This document shows positions 42,669-56,909 of a DNA stretch of 64,000 nucleotides, one piece after another. The notes beneath the pieces were generated by a model, which saw only the letters and a list, made by a program, of their open reading frames with translations, did no database searches and had not been told where the DNA came from. The position numbers and the translations under genes are program-made. Within the stretch, counting starts at the first letter, position 1; the number at the start of each line of letters is the position of its first letter. The stretch lies in assembly GCF_009914755.1 (NCBI RefSeq), contig NC_060948.1. One strand, given 5' to 3'. This DNA comes from the human T2T-CHM13v2.0 reference genome, Homo sapiens.

Positions 42669-45600
42669 TGGTATAGAATGGAATGGAATCATCTGGAATG
42701 GAATTGAATGGAATGGAATAATATGAAATGGAATGGAATGGAATGGAATGGAATGCCCTTGAATTAAATGGACTGGAATGGAATGGACTCAAACAGAGTG
42801 GAATGGAAAGTGTTGAGATAGAATGGAATGGACTCCTTTGGAATGGTGTAGTATGCAATGCAATCGACTGGCAGGGAATCAAAAGGAATGTAATGGAATG
42901 GACTGGACTGGAATGCAATGGACTCGAATAGATTGGAAACGGAATGCAAAGGAATGGAATGGAATAGTATGGAATGGAATGGAAAGGAATGGAGTGGAAT
43001 AGACTAGAGTGGAATGGAATGGACTGGAAAGCAATGGACTGGCATGGATCTTTCTTGAATGGACTGGAATCAAACGGAATGGAATTCAATGCAATCAAAA
43101 GGCATGGAATAAAATAGAATGAAAGAGAATCAAATGGAATTGAATCGAATGGAATCGAATGGATTGGAAAGGAATAGAATGGAATGGAATGGAATTGACT
43201 CAAATGGAATGGACTAGAATGGAATGGATTCGAATGGAAGGCAAAGGAATGGAATCTATTGGAATGGACTGTAATGGAATGGAATGGAAGGGATTGGAAT
43301 GGACTCGAATGGAATGGACTGCAATAGAAAGGATTCGAATGGAATGAAAAAGAATTGAATGGAATAGAACAGAATGGAATCAAATCGAATGAAATGGAAT
43401 GGAATAGAAAGGAATGGAATGAAATGGAATGGAAAGGATTCGAATGGAATGCAATCGAATGGAATGGAATCGAACGGAATGGAATAAAATGGAAGAAAAC
43501 TGGCAAGAAATGGAATCGAAATGAATGGAGTGTTATGGAATGGACTCAAAAGGAATTGAATGTAATAGAATGGAGTGGAGTGGACTCGAATATAATGGAC
43601 TGGAATGGAATGAAATCACATGGAATGGGAACGAATGGAATGGAATGGAAAGGAATGGAATCGAATGGAAAGGAATCGAATGGAAGGGAATGAAATTGAA
43701 TCAACAGGAATGGAAGGGAACAGAATAGACGGCAATGGAATGGACTCGAATAGAATGGACACGAATGCTCAAATTGAATGGACTCGAATGGAATGGAAAC
43801 GAAAGGAATGTCATCGAATGGAATTGAATCGATTGGAATGAAATCGCATAGAATGGAGTGGAATCAAATGGAATTGAATCGAAAGGAAAGGAAGCGAATG
43901 GACTGAAATGAAATGGAATGGAATTGAATGGAAAGTAATGCAATGGAATAGAATGGAACGAAATTTCACGGAATGGAATCAAACTGAATGGAATCAAATC
44001 AATGGAATCTAATCAAATGGAATGGAAAGGAATTGAATGGAGTAGATTGGATTGGATGGGATTGGAATGAAATGTACTGGAAAGGACTCGAATTTCATGA
44101 AACGGAATGGAATGAATTGGAACGGAATGGACTCGAATGGAATGGAATGTCATGGAATGGCATCAAATGGAATGGCATCAAATGGAATGGAATCGAATGC
44201 AATGGAATGGTATGGAATGGAATGGAATGCAATGGAATGGAATGTCCTCTAATGGAATGGATTCGAGTGGAATGGAATCGAATATAATGGAGTCGAATGA
44301 AATGGAATTGAAAGGAATGGGATCGAATACAATGGAATATACTGGAATGTAATGTAATGAACTCGAATGTAATTGACTGGAATGGAATGTACATGAATGG
44401 AATGTAATCGAATGGAAAGTAATCCAATGGAATAGAATCTAATGTAATAAAATCGACTCAGATAGAGTAGAATGTAATGGAATGGAGTGCAGTGCAATGC
44501 AATGGAATGGAATGGAATGCAATGGAATGGAATGGAATGGAATGGAATGGAATGGAATGGAATGGAATGGAATGGGATGGAATGGTATGGAATGGATAGT
44601 AATGGACTGGAGTGAAATGGACTGGAAAGGAATGGACTCAAATTGAAAGGGCTCGAAAGGAATGGATTCAAATGGAATGGTCTGTAATGGAATGAACACG
44701 AAAGTAATGCAATCCAATAGAATGGAATCGAATGGCATGGAATATAAAGAAATGGAATCGAAGAGAATGGAAACAAATGGAATGGAATTGAATGGAATGG
44801 AATTGAATGGAATGGGAACGAATGGAGTGAAATTGTATGCAGTAGAAGGGAATAGAATGGAATGCAAGCGAAAGGAAAGGAATGGATTGGAATGGAATGG
44901 AATTCATTGGAATGGAAGGGAATGTAGTGTAATGGACAGGCCTGGAATAAAGTGGAATGCTACGGTCTCGAATGGAATAAAAATGTATGGAATGGAATGC
45001 AATGAAACGGAATCGAATGTCATAGAATGTAATGGAATGCAAAAAAATGGAATCCAAAATCATTGACTGGAAAGGCTGGGTGTCGAAAGGAATTGACTCC
45101 AATGGAATGGAATCGAATGGAATGGAAGTGAATAGAATCGAACTAAATCGAATGGAATGGAATTGATAGGAACGGAATGGAAAGGAATGCAATGATTTGG
45201 CATGGAATGGAATCGAATGACATCGAATGGAATGGAATGGAATGCAATGGAATGGAATGTATTAGAATGTAATGAACTTTAATGGAATGTACTCGAATGG
45301 ATTCGACTGGAATGGAATGTTCTGGAAGTGAATGGACTCCAATGGAATGGATTCAAAAGGAATGGAATCGTACGGAATGGAATCTAATGGAATGGAATTA
45401 AATGGAAATGAATCAAATTGAATAGCACGGAATTGAATTGAATGGAATGGAATGCAATGGAATCTAATGAAACGGAAAGGAAAGGAATGGAATGGAATGG
45501 AATGGGCTGGAATGGAAAGGAATCGAAACGAATGGAATGGAATCGAACTGAAGAGACTGGAATGGAATGCACTGGAATGGAAGGGAGTGTAATGGAAGGT

Positions 45601-46242
45601 TCTCGAAAAAAATGGAATGGAATGGAATGGAATTGAATGGAACGGAATAGAGTCGAATGGAATTGAATGGAATGGAATGGACTAGAGTGAAATGGAATCG
45701 AACCACAAGGAATGGACAGGAATAGAATGGTCTCGAATTGAATGGAATCGTATGGAATGGCATCAAACGGAATGGAATGGACAGCCACTGAATGGAATGC
45801 ACTCGAATGCAATGGAGTCGAAACTAATGGACTGGAATAGAATGGACTCGACTGGTACGGACTCCAATGGAATGGAGTCGAATGGAAGGGAATCGAACGG
45901 AATGGACTCGAAGGGAAAAGACTGCAATGGAAAGGTCTCGAATGGAATGGAAATTAATGGAATGGAATGGAATCGAATGAAATGGAGTCAAAAGGAATGG
46001 AATCGAATGGCAAGAAATCGAATGTAATGGAATCGCAAGGAATTGATGTGAACGGAACGGAATGGAATGGAATCCAAAGGAATGGAATAGAATGGAATGG
46101 AATCGAATGGAAAGGACTCGAATGGAAATCACTCGAATAGAATGCAATTTAATAAAATAGGATCAAATGTAATGGAATGGAATGGAAAGGAATCGAAACG
46201 AAAGGAATGGAGACAGATGGAATGGAATGGAACAGAGAGCAA
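42669..46242 (+). repeat. DYZ1 unit copy 13 (3574 bp)
   Basis: Landmark spacing; HaeIII 44939; extra EcoRI 43082. Confidence 0.9.
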
Positions 46243-49200
46243 TGGTATAGAATGGAATGGAATCATCTGGAATGGAATTGAATGGAATGGAATAATATGA
46301 AATGGAATGGAATGGAATGGAATGGAATGGAATGCCCTTGAATTAAATGGACTGGAATGGAATGGACTCGAACAGAGTGGAATGGAAAGTGTTGAGATAG
46401 AATGGAATGGACTCCTTTGGAATGGTGTAGTATGCAATGCAATCGACTGGCAGGGAATCAAAAGGAATGTAATGGAATGGACTGGACTGGAATGCAATGG
46501 ACTCGAATAGATTGGAAACGGAATGCAAAGGAATGGAATGGAATAGTATGGAATGGAATGGAAAGGAATGGAGTGGAATAGACTAGAGTGGAATGGAATG
46601 GACTGGAAAGCAATGGACTGGAATGGATCTTTCTTGAATGGACTGGAATCAAACGGAATGGAATGCAATGCAATCAAATGGCATGGAATAAAATAGAATG
46701 AAAGAGAATCAAATGGAATTGAATCGAATGGAATCGAATGGATTGGAAAGGAATAGAATGGAATGGAATGGAATTGACTCACATGGAATGTACTAGAATG
46801 GAATGGATTCGAATGGAAAGCAAAGGAATGGAATCTATTGGAATGGACTGTAATGGAATGGAATGGAAGGGATTGGAATGGACTCGAATGGAATGGACTG
46901 CAATAGAAAGGATTCGAATGGAATGAAAAAGAATTGAATGGAATAGAACAGAATGGAATCAAATCGAATGAAATGGAATGGAATAGAAAGGAATGGAATG
47001 AAATGGAATGGAAAGGATTCGAATGGAATGCAATCGAATGGAATGGAATCGAACGGAATGGAATAAAATGGAAGAAAACTGGCAAGAAATGGAATCGAAA
47101 TGAATGGAGTGTTATGGAATGGACTCAAAAGGAATTGAATGTAATAGAATGGAGTGGAGTGGACTCGAATATAATGGACTGGAATGGAATGAAATCACAT
47201 GGAATGGGAACGAATGGAATGGAATGGAAAGGAATGGAATCGAATGGAAAGGAATCGAATGGAAGGGAATGAAATTGAATCAACAGGAATGGAAGGGAAT
47301 AGAATAGACGGCAATGGAATGGACTCGAATAGAATGGACACGAATGCTCAAATTGAATGGACTCGAATGGAATGGAAACGAAAGGAATGTCATCGAATGG
47401 AATTGAATCGATTGGAATGAAATCGCATAGAATGGAGTGGAATCAAATGGAATTGAATCGAAAGGAAAGGAAGCGAATGGACTGAAATGAAATGGAATGG
47501 AATTGAATGGAAAGTAATGCAATGGAATAGAATGGAACGAAATTTCACGGAATGGAATCAAACTGAATGGAATCAAATCAATGGAATCTAATCAAATGGA
47601 ATGGAAAGGAATTGAATGGAGTAGATTGGATTGGATGGGATTGGAATGAAATGTACTGGAAAGGACTCGAATTTCATGAAACGGAATGGAATGAATTGGA
47701 ACGGAATGGACTCGAATGGAATGGAATGTCATGGAATGGCATCAAATGGAATGGCATCAAATGGAATGGAATCGAATGCAATGGAATGCTATGGAATGGA
47801 ATGGAATGCATTGGAATGGAATGTCCTCTAATGGAATGGATTCGAGTGGAATGGAATCGAATATAATGGAGTCGAATGAAATGGAATTGAAAGGAATGGG
47901 ATCGAATACAATGGAATATACTGGAATGTAATGTAATGAACTCGAATGTAATTGACTGGAATGGAATGTACATGAATGGAATGTAATCGAATGGAAAGTA
48001 ATCCAATGGAATAGAATCTAATGCAATAAAACCGACTCAGATAGAGTAGAATGTAATGGAATGGAGTGCAGTGCAATGGAATGGAATGGAATTGAATGCA
48101 ATGGAATGGAATGGAATGGAATGGAATGGAATGGAATGGAATGGGATGGAATGGTATGGAATGGATAGTAATGGACTGGAGTGAAATGGACTGGAAAGGA
48201 ATGGACTCAAATTGAAAGGGCTCGAAAGGAATGGAGTCAAATGGAATGGTCTGGAATGGAATGAACACGAATGTAATGCAATCCAATAGAATGGAATCGA
48301 ATGGCATGAAATATAAAGAAATGGAATCGAAGAGAATGGAAACAAATGGAATGGAATTGAATGGAATGGAATTGAATGGAATGGGAACGAATGGAGTGAA
48401 ATTGTATGCAGTAGAAGGGAATAGAATGGAATGCAAGCGAAAGGAAAGGAATGGATTGGAATGGAATGGAATTCATTGGAATGGAAGGGAATGTAGTGTA
48501 ATGGACAGGCCTGGAATAAAGTGGAATGCTACGGTCTCGAATGGAATAAAAATGTATGGAATGGAATGCAATGAAACGGAATTGAATGTCATAGAATGTA
48601 ATGGAATGCAAAAAAATGGAATCCAAAATCATTGACTGGAAAGGCTGGGTGTCGAAAGGAATTGACTCCAATGGAATGGAATCGAATGGAATGGAAGTGA
48701 ATAGAATCGAACTAAATCGAATGGAATGGAATTGATAGGAACGGAATGGAAAGGAATGCAATGATTTGGCATGGAATGCAATCGAATGGCATCGAATGGA
48801 ATGGAATAGAAGGCAATGGAATGGAATGTATTAGAATGTAATGAACTTTAAAGGAATGTACTCGAATGGATTCGACTGGAATGGAATGTTCTGGAAGTGA
48901 ATGGACTCCAATGGAATGGATTCAAAAGGAATGGAATCGTACGGAATGGAATCTAATGGAATGGAATTAAATGGAAATGAATCAAATTGAATAGCACGGA
49001 ATTGAATTGAATGGAATGGAATGCAATGGAATCTAATGAAACGGAAAGGAAAGGAATGGAATGGAATGGAATGGGCTGGAATGGAAAGGAATCGAAACGA
49101 ATGGAATGGAATCGAAGTGAAGAGACTGGAATGGAATGCACTGGAATGGAAGGGAGTGTAATGGAAGGTTCTCGAAAAAAATGGAATCGAATGGAATGGA

Positions 49201-49811
49201 ATTGAATGGAACGGAATAGAGTCGAATGGAATTGAATGGAATGGAATGGACTAGAGTGAAATGGAATCGAACCACAAGGAATGGACAGGAATAGAATGGT
49301 CTCGAATTGAATGGAATCGTATGGAATGGCATCAAACGGAATGGAATGGACAGCCACGGAATGGAATGCACTCGAATGCAATGGAGTCGAAACTAATGGA
49401 CTGGAATAGAATGGACTCGACTGGTACGGACTCCAATGGAATGGAATCGAATGGAAGGGAATCGAACGGAATGGACTCGAAGGGAAAAGACTGCAATGGA
49501 AAGGTCTCGAATGGAATGGAAATTAATGGAATGGAATGGAATCGAATGAAATGGAGTCAAAAGGAATGGAATCGAATGGCAAGAAATCGAATGTAATGGA
49601 ATCGCAAGGAATTGATGTGAACGGAACGGAATGGAATGGAATCCAAAGGAATGGAATAGAATGGAATGGAATCGAATGGAAAGGACTCGAATGGAAATCA
49701 CTCGAATAGAATGCAATTTAATAAAATAGGATCAAATGGAATGGAATGGAATGGAAAGGAATCGAAACGAAAGGAATGGAGACAGATGGAATGGAATAGA
49801 ACAGAGAGCAA
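46243..49811 (+). repeat. DYZ1 unit copy 14 (3569 bp)
   Basis: Landmark spacing; HaeIII 48508. Confidence 0.9.
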
Positions 49812-52800
49812 TGGTATAGAATGGAATGGAATCATCTGGAATGGAATTGAATGGAATGGAATAATATGAAATGGAATGGAATGGAATGGAATGGAATGCC
49901 CTTGAATTAAATGGACTGGAATGGAATGGACTCGAACAGAGTGGAATGGAAAGTGTTGAGATAGAATGGAATGGACTCCTTTGGAATGGTGTAGTATGCA
50001 ATGCAATCGACTGGCATGGAATCAAAAGGAATGTAATCGAATGGATTGGACTGGAATGCAATGGACTCGAATAGATTGCAAACGGAATGCAAAGGAATGG
50101 AATGGAATAGTATGGAATGGAATGGAAAGGAATGGAGTGGAATAGACTAGAGTGGAATGGAATGGACTGGAAAGCAATGGACTGGAATGGAACTTTCTTG
50201 AATGGACTGGAATCAAACGGAATGGAATGCAATGCAATCAAATGGCATGGAATAAAATAGAATGAAAGAGAATCAAATGGAATTGAATCGAATGGAATCG
50301 AATGGATTGGAAAGGAATAGAATGGAATGGAATGGAATGGACTAGAATGGAATGGATTCGAATGGAAGGCAAAGGAAAGGAATCTATTGGAATGGACTGT
50401 AATGGAATGGAATGGAAGGGATTGGAATGGACTCGAATGGAATGGACTGCAATAGAAAGGATTCGAATGGAATGAAAAAGAATTGAATGGAATAGAACAG
50501 AATGGAATCAAATCGAATGAAATGGAATGGAATAGAAAGGAATGGAATGAAATGGAATGGAAAGGATTCGAATGGAATGCAATCGAATGGAATGGAATCG
50601 AACGGAATGGAATAAAATGGAAGAAAACTGGCAAGAAATGGAATCGAAATGAATGGAGTGTTATGGAACGGACTCAAAAGGAATTGAATGTAATAGAATG
50701 GAGTGGAGTGGACTCGAATATAATGGACTGGAATGGAATGAAATCACATGGAATGGGAACGAATGGAATGGAATGGAAAGGAATGGAATCGAATGGAAAG
50801 GAATCGAATGGAAGGGAATGAAATTGAATCAACAGGAATGGAAGGGAATAGAATAGACGGTAATGGAATGGACTCGAATAGAATGGACACGAATGTTCAA
50901 ATTGAATGGACTCGAATGGAATGGAAACGAAAGGAATGTCATCGAATGGAATTGAATCGATTGGAATGAAATCGCATAGAATGGAGTGGAATCAAATGGA
51001 ATTGAATCGAAAGGAAAGGAAGCGAATGGACTGAAATGAAATGGAATGGAATTGAATGGAAAGTAATGCAATGGAATAGAATGGAACGAAATTTCACGGA
51101 ATAGAATCAAACTGAATGGAATCAAATCAATGGAATCTAATCAAATGGAATGGAAAGGAATTGAATGGAGTAGATTGGATTGGATGGGATTGGAATGAAA
51201 TGTACTGGAAAGGACTCGAATTTCATGAAACGGAATGGAATGAATTGGAACGGAATGGACTCGAATGGAATGGAATGTCATGGAATGGCATCAAATGGAA
51301 TGGCATCAAATGGAATGGAATCGAATGCAATGGAATGCTATGGAATGGAATGGAATGCATTGGAATGGAATGTCCTCTAATGGAATGGATTCGAGTGGAA
51401 TGGAATCGAATATAATGGAGTCGAATGAAATGGAATTGAAAGGAATGGGATCGAATAGAATGGAATATACTGAAATGTAATGTAATGAACTCGAATGTAA
51501 TTGACTGGAATGGAATGTACATGAATGGAATGTAATCGAATGGAAAGTAATCCAATGGAATAGAATCTAATGCAATAAAACCGACTCAGATAGAGTAGAA
51601 TGTAATGGAATGGAGTGCAGTGCAATGGAATGGAATGGAATGGAATGCAATGGAATGGAATGGAATGGAATGGAATGGAATGGTGTGGAATGGATAGTAA
51701 TGGACTGGAGTGAAATGGACTGGAAAGGAATGGACTCAAATTGAATGGGCTCGAAAGGAATGGAGTCAAATGGAATGGTCTGGAATGGAATGAACACGAA
51801 TGTAATGCAATCCAATAGAATGGAATCGAATGGCATGGAATATAAAGAAATGGAATCGAAGAGAATGGAAACAAATGGAATGGAATTGAGTGGAATGGAA
51901 TTGAATGGAATGGGAACGAATGGAGTGAAATTGTATGCAGTAGAAGAGAATAGAATGGAATGCAAGCGAAAGGAAAGGAATGGATTGGAATGGAATGGAA
52001 TTCATTGGAATGGAAGGGAATGTAGTGTAATGGACAGGCCTGGAATAAAGTGGAATGCTACGGTCTCGAATGGAATAAAAATGTATGGAATGGAATGCAA
52101 TGAAACGGAATCGAATGTCATAGAATGTAATGGAATGCAACAAAATGGAATCCAAAATCATTGACTGGAAAGGCTGGGTGTCGAAAGGAATTGACTCCAA
52201 TGGAATGGAATCGAATGGAATGGAAGTGAATAGAATCGAACTAAATCGAATGGAATGGAATTGATAGGAACGGAATGGAAAGGAATGCAATGATTTGGCA
52301 TGGAATGGAATCGAATGGCATCGAATGGAATGGAATGGAATGCAATGGAATGGAATGTATTAGAATGTAATGAACTTTAATGGAATGTACTCGAATGGAT
52401 TCGACTGGAATGGAATGTTCTGGAAGTGAATGGACTCCAGTAGAATGGATTCAAAAGGAATGGAATCGTACGGAATGGAATCTAATGGAATGGAATTAAA
52501 TGGAAATGAATCAAATTGAATAGCACGGAATTGAATTGAATGGAATGGAATGCAATGGAATCTAATGAAACGGAAAGGAAAGGAATGGAATGGAATGGAA
52601 TGGGCTGGAATGGAAAGGAATCGAAACGAATGGAATGGAATCGAACTGAAGAGACTGGAATGGAATGCACTGGAATGGAAGGGAGTGTAATGGAAGGTTC
52701 TCGAAAAAAATGGAATGGAATGGAATGGAATTGAATGGAACGGAATAGAGTCGAATGGAATTGAATGGAATGGAATGGACTAGAGTGAAATGGAATCGAA

Positions 52801-53340
52801 CAACAAGGAATGGACAGGAATAGAATGGTCTCGAATTGAATGGAATCGTATGGAATGGCATCAAACGGAATGGAATGGACAGCCACGGAATGGAATGCAC
52901 TCGAATGCAATGGAGTCGAAACTAATGGACTGGAATAGAATGGACTCGACTGGTACGGACTCCAATGGAATGGAATCGAATGGAAGGGAATCGAACGGAA
53001 TGGACTCGAAGGGACAAGACTGCAATGGAAAGGTCTCGAATGGAATGGAAATTAATGGAATGGAATGGAATCGAATGAAATGGAGTCAAAAGGAATGGAA
53101 TCGAATGGCAAGAAATCGAATGTAATGGAATCGCAAGGAATTGATGTGAACGGAACGGAATGGAATGGAATCCAAAGGAATGGAATAGAATGGAATGGAA
53201 TCGAATGGAAAGGACTCGAATGGAAATCACTCGAATAGAATGCAATTTAATAAAATAGGATCAAATGTAATGGAATGGAATGGAAAGGAATCGAAACGAA
53301 AGGAATGGAGACAGATGGAATGGAATGGAACAGAGAGCAA
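49812..53340 (+). repeat. DYZ1 unit copy 15 (3529 bp, shortest)
   Basis: Landmark spacing; HaeIII 52037; 15-bp deletion near 50335 and shortest GGAAT tract. Confidence 0.9.
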
Positions 53341-56300
53341 TGGTATAGAATGGAATGGAATCATCTGGAATGGAATTGAATGGAATGGAATAATATGAAA
53401 TGGAATGGAATGGAATGGAATGGAATGCCCTTGAATTAAATGGACTGGAATGGAATGGACTCGAACAGAGTGGAATGGAAAGTGTTGAGATAGAATGGAA
53501 TGGACTCCTTTGGAATGGTCTAGTATGCAATGCAATCGACTGGTAGGGAATCAAAAGGAATGTAATCGAATGGATTGGACTGGAATGCAATGGACTCGAA
53601 TAGATTGGAAAAGGAATGCAAAGGAATGGAATGGAATAGTATGGAATGGAATGGAAAGGAATGGAGTGGAATAGACTAGAGTGGAATGGAATGGACTGGA
53701 AAGCAATGGACTGGAATGGAACTTTCTTGAATGGACTGGAATCAAACGGAATGGAATGCAATGCAATCAAATGGCATGGAATAAAATAGAATGAAAGAGA
53801 ATCAAATGGAATTGAATCGAATGGAATCGAATGGATTGGAAAGGAATAGAATGGAATGGAATGGAATTGACTCAAATGGAATGGACTAGAATGGAATGGA
53901 TTCGAATGGAAGGCAAAGGAATGGAATCTATTGGAATGGACTGTAATGGAATGGAATGGAAGGGATTGGAATGGACTCGAATGGAATGGACTGCAATAGA
54001 AAGGATTCGAATGGAATGAAAAAGAATTGAATGGAATAGAACAGAATGGAATCAAATCGAATGAAATGGAATGGAATAGAAAGGAATGGAATGAAATGGA
54101 ATGGAAAGGATTCGAATGGAATGCAATCGAATGGAATGGAATCGAACGGAATGGAATAAAATGGAAGAAAACTGGCAAGAAATGGAATCGAAATGAATGG
54201 AGTGTTATGGAACGGACTCAAAAGGAATTGAATGTAATAGAATGGAGTGGAGTGGACTCGAATATAATGGACTGGAATGGAATGAAATCACATGGAATGG
54301 GAACGAATGGAATGGAATGGAAAGGAATGGAATCGAATGGAAAGGAATCGAATGGAAGGGAATGAAATTGAATCAACAGGAATGGAAGGGAATAGAATAG
54401 ACGGTAATGGAATGGAATCGAATAGAATGGACACGAATGCTCAAATTGAATGGACTCGAATGGAATGGAAACGAAAGGAATGTCATCGAATGGAATTGAA
54501 TCGATTGGAATGAAATCGCATAGAATGGAGTGGAATCAAATGGAATTGAATCGAAAGGAAAGGAAGCGAATGGACTGAAATGAAATGGAATGGAATTGAA
54601 TGGAAAGTAATGCAATGGAATAGAATGGAATGAAATTTCACGGAATGGAATCAAACTGAATGGAATCAAATCAATGGAATCTAATCAAATGGAATGGAAA
54701 GGAATTGAATGGAGTAGATTGGATTGGATGGGATTGGAATGAAATGTACTGGAAAGGACTCGAATTTCATGAAACGGAATGGAATGAATTGGAACGGAAT
54801 GGACTCGAATGGAATGGAATGTCATGGAATGGCATCAAATGGAATGGCATCAAATGGAATGGAATCGAATGCAATGGAATGCTATGGAATGGAATGGAAT
54901 GCATTGGAATGGAATGTCCTCTAATGGAATGGATTCGAGTGGAATGGAATCGAATATAATGGAGTCGAATGAAATGGAATTGAAAGGAATGGGATCGAAT
55001 AGAATGGAATATACTGAAATGTAATGTAATGAACTCGAATGTAATTGACTGGAATGGAATGTACATGAATGGAATGTAATCGAATGGAAAGTAATCCAAT
55101 GGAATAGAATCTAATGCAATAAAACCGACTCAGATAGAGTAGAATGTAATGGAATGGAGTGCAGTGCAATGGAATGGAATGGAATTGAATGCAATGGAAT
55201 GGAATGGAATGGAATGGAATGGAATGGAATGGAATGGAATGGGATGGAATGGTATGGAATGGATAGTAATGGACTGGAGTGAAATGGACTGGAAAGGAAT
55301 GGACTCAAATTGAAAGGGCTCGAAAGGAATGGAGTCAAATGGAATGGTCTGGAATGGAATGAACACGAATGTAATGCAATGCAATAGAATGGAAACGAAT
55401 GGCATGGAATATAAAGAAATGGAATCGAAGAGAATGGAAACAAATGGAATGGAATTGAATGGAATGGAATTGAATGGAATGGGAACGAATGGAGTGAAAT
55501 TGTATGCAGTAGAAGGGAATAGAATGGAATGCAAGCGAAAGGAAAGGAATGGATTGGAATGGAATGGAATTCATTGGAATGGAAGGGAATGTAGTGTAAT
55601 GGACAGGCCTGGAATAAAGTGGAATGCTACGGTCTCGAATGGAATAAAAATGTATGGAATGGAATGCAATGAAACGGAATTGAATGTCATAGAATGTAAT
55701 GGAATGCAAAAAAATGGAATCCAAAATCATTGACTGGAAAGGCTGGGTGTCGAAAGGAATTGACTCCAATGGAATGGAATCGAATGGAATGGAAGTGAAT
55801 AGAATCGAACTAAATCGAATGGAATGGAATTGATAGGAACGGAATGGAAAGGAATGCAATGATTTGGCATGGAATGGAATCGAATGGCATCGAATGGAAT
55901 GGAATGGAATGCAATGGAATGGAATGTATTAGAATGTAATGAACTTTAATGGAATGTACTCGAATGGATTCGACTGGAATGGAATGTTCTGGAAGTGAAT
56001 GGACTCCAATGGAATGGATTCCAAAGGAATGGAATCGTACGGAATGGAATCTAATGGAATGGAATTAAATGGAAATGAATCAAATTGAATAGCACGGAAT
56101 TGAATTGAATGGAATGGAATGCAATGGAATCTAATGAAACGGAAAGGAAAGGAATGGAATGGAATGGAATGGGCTGGAATGGAAAGGAATCGAAACGAAT
56201 GGAATTAAATCGAACTGAAGAGACTGGAATGGAATGCACTGGAATGGAAGGGAGTGTAATGGAAGGTTCTCGAAAAAAATGGAATGGAATGGAATGGAAT

Positions 56301-56909
56301 TGAATGGAACGGAATAGAGTCGAATGGAATTGAATGGAATGGAATGGACTAGAGTGAAATGGAATCGAACCACAAGGAATGGACAGGAATAGAATGGTCT
56401 CGAATTGAATGGAATCGTATGGAATGGCATCAAACGGAATGGAATGGACAGCCACGGAATGGAATGCACTCGAATGCAATGGAGTCGAAACTAATGGACT
56501 GGAATAGAATGGACTCGACTGGTACGGACTCCAATGGAAGGGAATCGAATGGAAGGGAATCGAACGGAATGGACTCGAAGGGAAAAGACTGCAATGGAAA
56601 GGCCTCGAATGGAATGGAAATTAATGGAATGGAATGGAATCGAATGAAATGGAGTCAAAAGGAATGGAATCGAATGGCAAGAAATCGAATGTAATGGAAT
56701 CGCAAGGAATTGATGTGAACGGAACGGAATGGAATGGAATCCAAAGGAATGGAATAGAATGGAATGGAATCGAATGGAAAGGACTCGAATGGAAATCACT
56801 CGAATAGAATGCAACTTAATAAAATAGGATCAAATGTAATGGAATGGAATGGAAAGGAATCGAAACGAAAGGAATGGAGACAGATGGAATGGAATAGAAC
56901 AGAGAGCAA
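53341..56909 (+). repeat. DYZ1 unit copy 16 (3569 bp)
   Basis: Landmark spacing; HaeIII 55606 plus a gained GGCC at 56601. Confidence 0.9.
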
